Assembly (NCBI GenBank): GCA_964391715.1
Contig: CAYMMZ010000001.1
Coordinates: forward strand, 1 to 45,398
DNA length: 45,398 nt
Direction: 5' to 3'
Source: Candidatus Woesearchaeota archaeon
GTDB lineage: Archaea > Nanobdellota > Nanobdellia > Pacearchaeales > GW2011-AR1
Under the pieces are notes generated by a model that worked only from the letters and a program-made list of their open reading frames with translations, was not told the origin of the DNA and did no database searches. Shown piece after piece: positions 34,178 to 44,700 of this stretch; the stretch's first letter is position 1; the number at the start of each line of letters is the position of its first letter. Position numbers and translations under genes: made by a program.

Positions 34178-35602
34178 TCAACCAAAACTCAAAACAGACT
34201 CTTCACTCACCAAACTCTTCCGATCCTTCTTCTTCAACCCCTCACTTTTCTCCTTATTCCCTTCTTTAGAAAAATCACTCCAACATTCAGGGCCGCAAAC
34301 CAAATCCTTCTCAAATTTCTTCCTATCAAATTTAAATCCTTTCCCTAAAAACTCCATAACCTTTAAGGTATCATCTTCAGCATTTTGAAGACAAGTAGAA
34401 GCTCCGGGACTTGGAGTGATATTAAAAATAATGTTGTCTCCATTAAGTTTTGCCTCACCCATATCTAAACTAAAGGTTTTGTTATTCACAATTTGTGGAC
34501 GAACACCCCCATAACCTTTAGCATAATGGAGCCCTGATAATTTAGTCAGGGGAACAACTTTCCTAACCTCTTTCAAAAAAAGTCTACGGCCAATAAAGGG
34601 AACATCGTAGAGTAAATTTTTTAAAATGTATGTAGAAATGACAGGGTCGCTATTTATCTTAAAAAAACTCACAGCAGTCCTCCAAGAAAAACCAACACTC
34701 CGAATATATTCAAAAATTGTTTTATATCTATGACGCTCCAACATAAAAACTGCTTTTGCCGTTGGACCAAAACGGGTCTTCCCTTTTTCATGAACATCAG
34801 GGTCTCCATGGATTGCTGCAAAAGGCAATTTATCATTCTGAATTGTATAAACCTTCCCATTCAAGCTCTCGGGAACAAAGTAAAAACTCCCTGCAATACA
34901 AAAAAGAGCCAAATCTTTTCCATATCCAAGAGATTTTGCAAAAAGCAAACTATGAGCTCCACATGTAACTATCACCACCTTAGATTTTACTCTCTCCCCA
35001 CTATCCAATTCTAATTCGTAGCCATCTCCATCTTTAAAAATCTCAAGTACTCTTTTTTTCAAATTCAAATCAACTCCTGGAGAATTCTTAACAAAAATCT
35101 CTGATAACTTTTGGTAATCCATTGTATATCCATCTGGGCTCCAAAAAGCCAAAAGTTCCTCACCTTTATCTCTACCATTAACCACCTTTGGCTCTAATTT
35201 GGCAATCTCTGCCTTTTCAATCAATTTATTTTCAGGAAATAGCTTCTTAAAGCTCTTATAGCGTTCACGAAGATTGGACGCTTGATTTTTCCCAACTGCC
35301 AAAACCATCTTGTGATATTTGGTATAAGATTCTCCCTTAAGGTCATTTTTCAAAATAAAAAACTTAACCATGTCCGCAGCCCTTTTAACCGCAGCAGCTT
35401 TTTCCAAACTATAATTAGTCTCTATATCTCCAAAATGCAAAGTCTGACTATTCATATTTCTATGACTATTCACACTAGCGAGTCTTTCTTCTTTTTCGAT
35501 TATTGTAATCTTAGAAACATTTGTATAATTTTTCAACACATAGGCTAGGGCTGTCCCACTAACACCTCCCCCAATAATCGCAACATCATATTTTCTCACC
35601 AT
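34178..35602 (-). CDS. mqo: FAD-dependent oxidoreductase, malate:quinone oxidoreductase (Mqo)-like
   Basis: N-terminal YDVAIIGGGVSGTA dinucleotide fold. SQTLHFGDIETNYS, TRFGPTAK and ITPSPGASTCL resemble Mqo-family motifs. Confidence 0.55.
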   Translation of the reverse strand: MVRKYDVAIIGGGVSGTALAYVLKNYTNVSKITIIEKEERLASVNSHRNMNSQTLHFGDIETNYSLEKAAAVKRAADMVKFFILKNDLKGESYTKYHKMVLAVGKNQASNLRERYKSFKKLFPENKLIEKAEIAKLEPKVVNGRDKGEELLAFWSPDGYTMDYQKLSEIFVKNSPGVDLNLKKRVLEIFKDGDGYELELDSGERVKSKVVIVTCGAHSLLFAKSLGYGKDLALFCIAGSFYFVPESLNGKVYTIQNDKLPFAAIHGDPDVHEKGKTRFGPTAKAVFMLERHRYKTIFEYIRSVGFSWRTAVSFFKINSDPVISTYILKNLLYDVPFIGRRLFLKEVRKVVPLTKLSGLHYAKGYGGVRPQIVNNKTFSLDMGEAKLNGDNIIFNITPSPGASTCLQNAEDDTLKVMEFLGKGFKFDRKKFEKDLVCGPECWSDFSKEGNKEKSEGLKKKDRKSLVSEESVLSFG

Positions 35603-35647
35603 GCTCTCTCCAAAAGAATAAAAAAAGAATAAAAAAAATTAATAGGC

Positions 35648-35998
35648 TTACTTATCTTGAGATCCCCAGTACAAGTAATTTGTCGCAAGAGCTAGATGCA
35701 TCAAAAGATTTCCGATATTATCTAGATTTAAAGTAAATGCGGCAACAATTACAATAATTGCTGCAAGAGAAGTACCTATCTTCATCTTCCATTTAGCTAA
35801 AATAGAGATACCTGCAAAAATCTCTGCCAAAATTAGAACCCATGCCCAAAATGTTGGAGCCCATGAAAATAATCCAATTCCAGAAAGCATTCCAACAATA
35901 GCATCAGGACCCATCACGAAAAGCTTCATAACTCCAGCCACAAGCATTACCAATCCAAGCAAGATTCTATTCCAAAGTAAAATTTGTTTTGTATTCAT
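35648..35998 (-). CDS. DoxX-family small membrane protein
   Basis: 116 aa with four hydrophobic helices and the N-terminal pattern RILLGLVMLVAGVMKLF. GGAGG lies 8 nt upstream of the ATG. Confidence 0.55.
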   Translation of the reverse strand: MNTKQILLWNRILLGLVMLVAGVMKLFVMGPDAIVGMLSGIGLFSWAPTFWAWVLILAEIFAGISILAKWKMKIGTSLAAIIVIVAAFTLNLDNIGNLLMHLALATNYLYWGSQDK

Positions 35999-36028
35999 TT
36001 ATTCTTCCTCCTTTCAATCAAGTATTAT

Positions 36029-36045
36029 GTTAACACCTGTTAACA
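36029..36045. promoter_or_regulatory. operator-like GTTAACA-CCT-GTTAACA between the TATA box and the doxX start
   Basis: GTTAACA at 36029 and 36039 (10-bp phasing), with a third copy at 36073. A minus-strand TTTATAAA box lies at about 36050-36057, immediately upstream. Confidence 0.55.
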
Positions 36046-36146
36046 ATTCTTTATAAATATTTGTAAAACAGAGTTAACATTCAAAATTATTATTTCCTAA
36101 TAATTCTAAATTTTTTAAGTATTCCCATTATCAACTTCTTCTAGCC

Positions 36147-36536
36147 TCAATCATCTTCATAAATTGGAATCACTTGCTTACAATCATGAAGTTTTCCCTC
36201 AATAAACTTCCCACAAACCTCACAATGCAATTTCTTCTTCCGAATTAATTTTAATAACTTCTTAATTTCTTTAACAGCATCCGTTTTTCCAGAAACAATC
36301 TTTTCAGCAGATTTTTTTACCTCTATAGAGACTTTTGGATGAAGTTTAGTTTTAATCGCCCTTTTATTAGACATATATTGAAAAACTGCAACCTTAGTAA
36401 TTCCTAAAATTTTTCCTGCCTTCTCATAAGTAATTCCATGAACTTTTACAAAGGCCACTGCTAATTCTCGTCTAATAGCAGGGATTATATGCCAAACTTC
36501 AATCTCTTGAGGTAGAATATACATAAAAGTTAACAT
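36147..36536 (-). CDS. HTH transcriptional regulator with a C-terminal Cys/His cluster
   Basis: HGITYEKAGKILGITKVAVFQYMSNKRA (helix-turn-helix) and the C-terminal HCEVCGKFIEGKLHDC. The true start may be the second ATG (36524), because the first ATG lies inside the operator. Confidence 0.6.
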   Translation of the reverse strand: MLTFMYILPQEIEVWHIIPAIRRELAVAFVKVHGITYEKAGKILGITKVAVFQYMSNKRAIKTKLHPKVSIEVKKSAEKIVSGKTDAVKEIKKLLKLIRKKKLHCEVCGKFIEGKLHDCKQVIPIYEDD

Positions 36537-36545
36537 CTGTTAACA
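36529..36545. promoter_or_regulatory. operator-like GTTAACA-TCT-GTTAACA overlapping the regulator's own start
   Basis: The same 17-mer architecture as 36029-36045. A minus-strand TATA box ATTTATATA lies directly upstream. Confidence 0.55.
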
Positions 36546-36562
36546 TATATAAATCTTTAGAA

Positions 36563-37762
36563 TTACACAACAGCTTTATCTAAATAAGCAATTTCTTCGT
36601 CATTTAGCTTCAAATCATTCCTTATCTGTTCATTTTTCAAAATAATTTTCAGCAACAAAAAATCCTTCATCGCAGTCTTAGAAGAAATATGACAATATTT
36701 AGAATATTTTAGACAAATAGACTTCTTCTTCAAGGCTCTTTGATTCTGCAACCAAATCTTCAATATCCTAGAGGGTTTCTTATAGTTTGTCCACCCAGTT
36801 CTATTAAATTTCTTAACACCTGCAATTCCAGAACCAAGAAAAAAGTATTCATAAACCATAAACCTCCAATGTCTTTGCCTCCGAATCCTCCCTCTAAAAA
36901 CATCTGCCATCGCCAATGCCTCATATGCTGCAACTAATTCTTTTCCACTATACTCTAAGGGAATATTTTCTTCCATCCATAAAAAAATATCATCAACCGG
37001 CATATTAACCTCATCAAAAACTTTAAGCATCTCTCCATCAATCTTGGAATTTTTGAAGACATATTGGAGAGCTGAAAAAATAGATTGTTCACGGTTCCGC
37101 TCCCCTACTTCCTTAACAAGTTCGGGAGAATCCATTTTAGACAAAACCTGTAAATCATTCAAAGCTGCCCTAATGTCTCCACGAGCTTTAATAGCAATTG
37201 AAGTCAGAACCTCATTAGAAACTGCACAATTCTCTTTCTCACAGACTTCTTTCATAATCTCTAAAACAACTTTATAATCTATTTCTTTCAAGGCAACAAC
37301 TTCTGATTTTCTTCTAAGTAAATTAAATTTCTTGTTCCAAATATCATTAGCAGTAACAATAACGGGAAAAGATGATTTTTCTAAAAGAGCCAAAAGCTCT
37401 CCAAGACCTCCCCTATCTTTTATAGCCGAGACCCCATCCACTTCATCCACCAAAATAATTTTATTTTTCTTAAATAAGCTCTTCTGTTGACTCGCAGGAC
37501 CAACAATTTCCAGAATCTTCGCCTTATTCCTCAAATCACTCGCGTTCAACTCTAAAATCTCTGCATCTACTTCAAAAGCAACGGCATAAGCAAGACTCGT
37601 CTTCCCAACCCCAGGGGGACCATGCAAAACCAAAGCCTTCTTCTTCGGAAAACTCTTCAAAAAAACCTTAATCTTATCAACCGCTAAATCTTGACCTTTA
37701 ACATCTTCAAAACACTTCGCCCTATACTTCTCGCACCACGGAACATTATCTAATCGTATCAT
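36563..37762 (-). CDS. rfcL: replication factor C large subunit (short form)
   Basis: PWCEKYRAKCFEDVKGQDLAV...LVLHGPPGVGKTSLAYAVA and ILVDEVDG. 399 aa. Confidence 0.88.
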   Translation of the reverse strand: MIRLDNVPWCEKYRAKCFEDVKGQDLAVDKIKVFLKSFPKKKALVLHGPPGVGKTSLAYAVAFEVDAEILELNASDLRNKAKILEIVGPASQQKSLFKKNKIILVDEVDGVSAIKDRGGLGELLALLEKSSFPVIVTANDIWNKKFNLLRRKSEVVALKEIDYKVVLEIMKEVCEKENCAVSNEVLTSIAIKARGDIRAALNDLQVLSKMDSPELVKEVGERNREQSIFSALQYVFKNSKIDGEMLKVFDEVNMPVDDIFLWMEENIPLEYSGKELVAAYEALAMADVFRGRIRRQRHWRFMVYEYFFLGSGIAGVKKFNRTGWTNYKKPSRILKIWLQNQRALKKKSICLKYSKYCHISSKTAMKDFLLLKIILKNEQIRNDLKLNDEEIAYLDKAVV

Positions 37763-38758
37763 CTAAATCCCTCCACTAATTGTCTTACCATTCCCTTGTC
37801 CAGCCATAATAAACGAAGCCAACAAAGCTTCTAACTGAATAAATTCGTCCGAACCTTCAACTAACCTAAACTCTGCCTCTCCAGTCTTCTCTGTCAACCG
37901 AACTTTCAAAAAATTATCAATTGGCAAATTCCAAATCTCTTTTTGAATCGCCTTAATTACATCCTGCCCAGAAATAGATTCTTTAAGCATAATATCAAGA
38001 AGCTTCTCCCGCGAATTACTAAAATCTCCAGTTAAGGCATAATCCAAAACAATTTTAATATCTGAGGGCTTTGCCTTTGAAACAATCGTGTTAACCAAAT
38101 CTGGAGTAATGTTTGGGGAAACTGAAGCAGTCGCCTGCAACAGATTAATAACTCTTCGGCAATCTCCCTCACTTGATTCATAAAGCGAATCAAAAGCATC
38201 GGCAGTGATACTAAGACCTTCCCTCTCAGAAATCAAATCAATTCTTTTTTTAATATCCTTCTTCTCCAAAAGCTGAAACCTAAAAACAACTGCTCGAGAT
38301 TGTATAGGGTCAAGAATCTTCGAAGAATAATTACAACTCATAATAAATCTGCAAGTAGAAGTATAATTCTCCATGGTCCGTCGAAGTGCCTGTTGAGCTT
38401 CCCTAGTCAAGGCATCTGCCTCATCCAAAAAGATTACCTTAAACGGAACATCTCCAATTGCCTTAGTCCTAGCAAAATCCTTAACTTTTTGTCGAACAAC
38501 ATCAATTCCCCTCTCATCACTTGCATTAAGTTCAAGGTAATTCTCTCTCCAACTCTCTTCAAAAAGTTGTTTGACAATAATTAAAGCAAGGGTAGATTTC
38601 CCAGTCCCTGCAGGTCCAGCAAAAAGCAAATGGGGGATATTCATAGAATCTGTAAGCGATCGAACCCTCTTAATTATCTCCTCTTGCCCCACCATCTCAT
38701 CAAACTTCACGGGCCGATATTTTTCAGTCCACACCTCAGAGTCAAAATCATTTGTCAT
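37763..38758 (-). CDS. rfcS: replication factor C small subunit
   Basis: WTEKYRPVKFDEMVGQEE..., FAGPAGTGKST, FLDEADALT and CNYSSKILDPIQSRAVVFRF. Confidence 0.95.
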   Translation of the reverse strand: MTNDFDSEVWTEKYRPVKFDEMVGQEEIIKRVRSLTDSMNIPHLLFAGPAGTGKSTLALIIVKQLFEESWRENYLELNASDERGIDVVRQKVKDFARTKAIGDVPFKVIFLDEADALTREAQQALRRTMENYTSTCRFIMSCNYSSKILDPIQSRAVVFRFQLLEKKDIKKRIDLISEREGLSITADAFDSLYESSEGDCRRVINLLQATASVSPNITPDLVNTIVSKAKPSDIKIVLDYALTGDFSNSREKLLDIMLKESISGQDVIKAIQKEIWNLPIDNFLKVRLTEKTGEAEFRLVEGSDEFIQLEALLASFIMAGQGNGKTISGGI

Positions 38759-38833
38759 GGAACGAAAAGAGATTCCTTGTTTATAAGGATTATTGTGATA
38801 AAATTAGCCGCAAAAAAATTCTCCCCATTAATA

Positions 38834-38841
38834 TTTATATA
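38834..38841 (+). promoter_or_regulatory. TATA box TTTATATA, 21 nt before the ATG at 38863 (leaderless-type spacing)
   Basis: Read directly. The same box and the same spacing occur before the next gene (41714-41721 to ATG 41743). Confidence 0.5.
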
Positions 38842-38862
38842 CTTAGATTCCTAGTAGAAAAT

Positions 38863-41691
38863 ATGAGAAAAGAGGACGTTTTCAAAAAATTGGGGATAAT
38901 CGCAATACTCCTTTCAACAATAGGATTATTCTTTTTGACACTCAACACTGAAGAAGGATTTTTTAAAAATTTATGGGAAAATTTTGCAGGGGAAAGTCAA
39001 GATATGGGAGAAAGTTATAGTGGGGCAGGAACTAATGAAGACACCAATAAAAACTTAGAAGAAGATAAATCCTCAAACCAAGACGATGGTTCCAATTCTG
39101 GAGGTGGAGATAACTCAAGCGGAGGCGGTTCCGGAGGAGGTGGCTCTGGAGGCGGAGGAGGAGGAGGCGGAGGAGGTGGCGGCGGAAGCCCGCCCCCTGA
39201 AATTTGTAACGATGGGATTGATAATGACTTAGACAATAAAGTAGATTGCTCCGACCCAGATTGTTCAAGTGATGATTCGTGTAACTTAGATTCTGAATGT
39301 AACGATGGAATTGACAACGACAACGATGGATGGACAGATTTAGATGACCCAGGATGTATAGATTCAAACGACAATGACGAGACAAATGCCGCAACATCAT
39401 TCGAATGTTCTGATGGAATAGATAATGAAGAATACAATAAAGATGGCCTAATTGATGGTTTCGACCCTACCTGCATATTATGGACAGACACAACCGAAAC
39501 CTCTATTTGTCAAGACGGGATAGACAATGATGGTGACCTTCTATGTGACCTTGCTACAAGCACATGTATCGATTCAAGCACTCCAGGAGATTCTGGATGT
39601 ACGGACCCTAACGATGGAAGCGAAGGAAATACTGAAATTTGTAATAATGATATAGATGATGATGGAGATGGGTTCTCAGATTGTGAAGATTTTGATTGTG
39701 ACAATCAAATAAGCAATGGAGGAAAATGCGAATACCAAACCGAACTTTCCTGCACAGACAACTTTGATAACGATGCAGATAATTTAATTGATTGCTCAGA
39801 CCAAGATTGTAATGGAAAACCTGGAAACTCAAATGGAGATTCGTGTGAATATCCACAAGAACTTAGTTGTGGAGATGGTTTCGACAACGACAGAGACTTA
39901 AAAATTGATTGTGCAGATTCAGACTGTGAGCTGTTCCCTGGATGTTCTCCCGAAAATGAATGTTCAGATGGTATAGACAATGATGGGAATGGACTAACTG
40001 ATTGTGCGGACCCTGAATGTGATGGACTACTCGGAGATAACCAAGGAAATAGATGTGAATATGGAATTGAGTTAACTTGTATAGATGCTTTTGACAACAA
40101 TGCAAATGGTTTAGTTGATTGTAATGACTTAAGTTGTAATAGTGACCCTGGTTGTCAAACAAGTGAAGATGAAATCTGTAATGATGGAATTGATAATGAT
40201 AACAATGGGTTTACAGATTGTCAAGACAATGCTTGTATAGGACAGCAAGGACCAAATGGAGGAACTTGTGAATTACCTGAAGCTAGTTGTTCAGACCTCT
40301 ATGACAATGATGGAGATGGGGCAACAGATTGCGCAGACATAAACTGTGTAAATGACCCTTCTTGTAGCTCAGAAGAAGGATTCGACATGAAGGTAATTCA
40401 TATAACTCCTACAACAGGATATGTGCAAGATATCAATGGGATAGATATTTACGGCTCTTCAGAAACTCTTGCACAATGGCCCTTAGCATGGGCAATCAAA
40501 AATGCAAATGATATAAATGGCAGAAGAATTGACCTCTACGGAACTTCGGGAAAATTGACATTTGAAGGAACTCCTGCAAATAATTTCATGATAGATTCTA
40601 TGGACTCTTCAGCAAACAATCCAATAATTATCACGGGGAAAAATGGAGCAACAATCGATGCCCTCGGAGCCTCAGACACAATCTCTGTATTATCTGAAAA
40701 TGGACCTTCTCATACTTTCAATTACATTATCTGGAAGGATTTAACAATTATTCCAGGATACAGGGCAGCAGTCCACATTGGAGCCTTAACAGATACCTTA
40801 TGGGAGGGAAACCCAGGATATAGCGGATGGGAATTTGACAATGTAGTAATGGATGGGCTCTGGAGTCACAAAGAAAATTCAGGACCAGTATCTAAATGGG
40901 CAATGCAACTATTCGCAACAAAAGACTTTGTATATAAGAACGGAATAGTTAGAAACATAGAGCAAGAGCACGCAATCTACATGCACAATCCTGCAGGACC
41001 AACCTTAGTTGACAATAATCAATTCTATCAGCTCGGAAGGACAGGGGTTCAAGTAACAGCAAGAGAAAATGAATATGGTTATACTAATCTCCCTGCAAAC
41101 CCTTGGCCAATAACTATCACCAATAATATTATGGCAGACACAGGACTACAAGAGGGAGATTTTTTTGCAGGACAAACAATAACAATTGTCGGAAGAAATA
41201 CGGGAACAATCACAGTAACAGGAAACACTGTAAGTTATTGTGAGGATTTATACACTCAAGGTTTGTGTGACGCAGTCCAACAAAGAATAGATGCAAAATT
41301 CGGTCCCGGAATGAGAGCCTATGGCTCTGGAGCAACAGTGACATGGACAACCCCAAAGGAAAATTATGGAATTAGTGGACATTTAATTTATGCAAACAAT
41401 AACATAATCTATGGTTCTAATTATAATGGCGAAGCCGGTAGAAATCCTCCAGTGAGCATATCTGCAATGACTACGGCAGAAATCTATAACAACCTAATCC
41501 AAACAGGAGCAAACAAAGATGCCTTAATCATAGGAGAAGGAGACCAAGCTCATCCAATACCTTTAAATTATTGTGCAACAAATAATATAATCAACAACGG
41601 CGGGGTTATCAAGGTTGGTGGTTTTGGAAGTGATAAAATTAGGACCCAGCCAATCCAATTTGGAAACGCAGTTTGCCCTCCTCAAGCTTAA
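38863..41691 (+). CDS. giant membrane-anchored surface protein: Gly/Ser/Asp linker, 11 Cys/Asp-rich metal-binding-type repeats, C-terminal right-handed beta-helix domain
   Basis: Start at MRKEDVF (the ORF-track start at 38752 is TTG and overlaps rfcS). Transmembrane helix LGIIAILLSTIGLFFLTL. Poly-G tract. Repeats of the type C.DGIDND.DG..DC.D..C from 39204 to 40370. The tail carries N-rich PbH1-like rungs (TITNNIMADTG, VTGNTVSY, YANNNIIYG, IYNNLIQTG, TNNIINNGG). Confidence 0.8.
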   Translation: MRKEDVFKKLGIIAILLSTIGLFFLTLNTEEGFFKNLWENFAGESQDMGESYSGAGTNEDTNKNLEEDKSSNQDDGSNSGGGDNSSGGGSGGGGSGGGGGGGGGGGGGSPPPEICNDGIDNDLDNKVDCSDPDCSSDDSCNLDSECNDGIDNDNDGWTDLDDPGCIDSNDNDETNAATSFECSDGIDNEEYNKDGLIDGFDPTCILWTDTTETSICQDGIDNDGDLLCDLATSTCIDSSTPGDSGCTDPNDGSEGNTEICNNDIDDDGDGFSDCEDFDCDNQISNGGKCEYQTELSCTDNFDNDADNLIDCSDQDCNGKPGNSNGDSCEYPQELSCGDGFDNDRDLKIDCADSDCELFPGCSPENECSDGIDNDGNGLTDCADPECDGLLGDNQGNRCEYGIELTCIDAFDNNANGLVDCNDLSCNSDPGCQTSEDEICNDGIDNDNNGFTDCQDNACIGQQGPNGGTCELPEASCSDLYDNDGDGATDCADINCVNDPSCSSEEGFDMKVIHITPTTGYVQDINGIDIYGSSETLAQWPLAWAIKNANDINGRRIDLYGTSGKLTFEGTPANNFMIDSMDSSANNPIIITGKNGATIDALGASDTISVLSENGPSHTFNYIIWKDLTIIPGYRAAVHIGALTDTLWEGNPGYSGWEFDNVVMDGLWSHKENSGPVSKWAMQLFATKDFVYKNGIVRNIEQEHAIYMHNPAGPTLVDNNQFYQLGRTGVQVTARENEYGYTNLPANPWPITITNNIMADTGLQEGDFFAGQTITIVGRNTGTITVTGNTVSYCEDLYTQGLCDAVQQRIDAKFGPGMRAYGSGATVTWTTPKENYGISGHLIYANNNIIYGSNYNGEAGRNPPVSISAMTTAEIYNNLIQTGANKDALIIGEGDQAHPIPLNYCATNNIINNGGVIKVGGFGSDKIRTQPIQFGNAVCPPQA

Positions 41692-41713
41692 AATCTCTTA
41701 TTTAATCAGTAGA

Positions 41714-41721
41714 TTTATATA
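41714..41721 (+). promoter_or_regulatory. TATA box TTTATATA, 21 nt before the ATG at 41743
   Basis: Read directly; identical arrangement to 38834-38841. Confidence 0.5.
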
Positions 41722-41742
41722 ATTCGAAACCTAAAACCTTTA

Positions 41743-44700
41743 ATGGTAAGAGAGGTTGTCTTGAGAAGAATTGTCGTCTCAATAGCACTAATTGTTTCTA
41801 TTGGATTATTTTTTCTAGGATTACAAATAGCAGATAGTCTGATAACAGACTCTGTAGGAGGAGATGATATTTCTGGAGATTCTGGAGATTCTGGAATAGA
41901 TGATGGGGGCAACAATGGAGACGATGGAGATGATAATTCAGGCTCAGGGGATGATGGCTCTGGCTCAGGAGGCGGTGGCTCAGGAGGCGGAGGCGGTGGC
42001 TCAGGAGGCGGAGGTGGCTCTGATGATGGAGGCTCCGGCAGTTCCAATGAATGTGAAGACGGCACGGACAATGATGGTGATGGATGGATTGATTTAGAAG
42101 ACCCTGGATGTGCAGATGGAAATGATGATGACGAATTAAACTCAGACAAAGGCTATACCTGTTCAAACAATATAGACGATGATGGTGATGGACTAATAGA
42201 TGGCTACGACCCAGATTGTACTTCCTGGACTGACGAAGAAGATGGAAGCAGTAGCACACCTGAATGTAGTGACGGAATAGATAATGACAATGACGGCTCA
42301 ATAGATTATGACCCTAATAATCCCTTAGGAGATTTGGGTTGTAGTGATTCTAATGACAATACCGAAAATGGGGAAATTTCAACACCCTTAACTCAATTTT
42401 CAGATTCAAGCTCATACAATTGGCCATTAGTAAGCAGAGTGAGTAATGACAAACAATTCCTCTATCGTTCAGATGGAAGAAATTTACAAATGTTAGACTT
42501 AAATTTATTAAATAGTCAAACCCCTCCTTCAATAGACCAAATAGTTCTAAAGGAAGTTAAAATTTACTCAAGCACCACAGACATATTGGAAATAGGGGAA
42601 GACCTATTCATCTGCGGAGGAGATTTGGGATTGCACACTATAGACTCAAATCTTGTATCTCCTGTAAGCAGGATGGACATTCACCAAAGAGAACTTTGGT
42701 GTACAAGCCTTGCAACTGCAAAACTAGGAACTCAAGATGTCCTCCTAGCTCTTTGGTCAGGTTTTGATGACAATGAATTAAAAGTTTATGATCCTGTAAC
42801 TAAAAACACCTTAGCTTCAATTCCCCTAAGCAAATCTACAGGAGCATTAGTCCAAGGAATAGGTTGGGATGTTGAGACTAGGGGCTCTAACGCATATGTC
42901 GCCCTTGGAACTTCTGGAGTAATCCGTGTAAATTGGAAAGACGCAGTAAATGGGAACCCAACAAATTTAATCCAAGGTCCATTAGCAGTTACAAATCCCA
43001 ACTATAATAGAAGTGTTAAAGAATTGTTGGATGTAAAAGATTTATCGATAATCGGCGGAACACTATACGCGGCTGCAAATGCCCAAGGGTTAGTTGAAAT
43101 TGACTTAGCGATATCATGGGATCCAAGAATGACTACAAAAACCTACTTCCACGAAAATTTCAAAATTAACAAATATCCTACAAAAGTAGAATCCTTAATT
43201 GACTCTTCAGGGAACACTCTTATTGCAGTAAAAACTGGAGATGAGCCAAACTGGCAAGAATGGGGACCTTACATGATGTATGGAGACATAACTTGGAAAT
43301 CTACACCTATTGGAAGAGACTTAAATATTCTAGACACTTCCGCCCATGATTATGAAGAAGGTAAAATCGGAGGAGTAGTTCAGAACAAACTAATCTTATT
43401 TGAAAAGCAATCTGGAGGAACCACCCTTCAAGAAGTAGCTTCCGGTCCCCACAATGGAAAAATTCCTGGGATAAAGACAATGGACTTCTATCAAATGGGA
43501 AATGATTTTATGGTATACAACGAGATTCCCTTTATCTATAAATTTAGTAGAGACTCTTCAAATAATCTACAAGATGCTGTTATGGTTGATGGTGATCAAT
43601 TCTTACAAGGACATGGATTCTATATCCAAGGAGGAATGAGTGTAGTAAACCCTTCTGTTTTGATTTCTGGCTCTGACGGTGCTCCTCACGCTTTCCAAAA
43701 AATAAGTGGAACAAGTCCTTCATTTTCAGAAGTTGTTGGGACATACACAGTTCCTCATTGGATGGGACTCTGGGACGGAGCAAGGTGGGTAACTTCTCTT
43801 GGAACAGAATTCGCAGTCCAAGGTGCTGGAGGGATATATTGGTATATCAGAGAAATTGATTGGAGTCCATCAGTTCCTGGAATGAAAGGATGGAAAATCC
43901 CAGTAGACTTAAATCAAGGAGCAGACCAATTTGGATATACTCCTCGTTCCTATAGTAACGCAGAATTCGACCCAGATAGTGATTTAGTCTTCATGGTAAG
44001 GTCAGAATCAAGAGAAGGAATTGTAATCACAGATAGGACTTCTATCTATAATTCTGCTCAAAACACTGCATTAGATGGAGAGTTCGTACCTCAAATCCTT
44101 GCAAAAGCAGTTCTTCATGAAGAATCTCCTTCCACAAAACCTCCAGGATACAGCAAAACAGAAACACTTTGGGCATATAATCCTAAGTTTTTCAGAAACA
44201 CTGAAGGGAACAAGATAGTCGCAGTAGCAGCATCATATTATGTAGATAGCACCTCTCCAGATTATCAAAAATCTAAAGTAGTCTTCTACGAATTACCTGA
44301 ACCATTCGACCCAAGCGTTCCATTAAAAAGTGCAGTAATGATAGGATCTTCAGGACCTTCAAGTGCAGTAGCAGTAGAAATTTTTGATTTCGAGAATTCT
44401 CAAATGGCCATCGTCGCAGGGGGCGCAGGAGAAGTATCCCTCCATAATATAACCAATCTGCAAGGAGTTTTAGATGGGACATTAGCAAGAACCCTACTAA
44501 AGCCCCTCTCTTCATGGACTGTTAGGAATCAACCACTAACAGATAGAAAACCTTTAGTAACTGATGCCTTAGTAAGAGACGAAATAATAAATGGGGTCCA
44601 AAAAACCAGAATCTATGTAGCTGCCAATAGTGAAGGAGTGTACATACTCGAAATAGATAAGGACTCTAATGGAAATCTCAACCTCATAGAAATCGGAAGG

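Noticed and set aside
38752-38862. ORF-track start of the first surface protein (TTG at 38752)
   Set aside because: It overlaps the rfcS start on the other strand and lies upstream of the TATA box at 38834-38841. The ATG at 38863 gives the expected N-terminal anchor and the same promoter spacing as the paralogous gene.
39015-39491. 158-aa and 122-aa minus-strand ORFs (Pro-rich), and the analogous 41715-42149 and 41798-42301 ORFs
   Set aside because: They are the antisense image of the GGN/GAN-rich linker and Asp/Cys-repeat coding sequence of the plus-strand surface genes. They are low-complexity PPPP/SSS translations with no start context.
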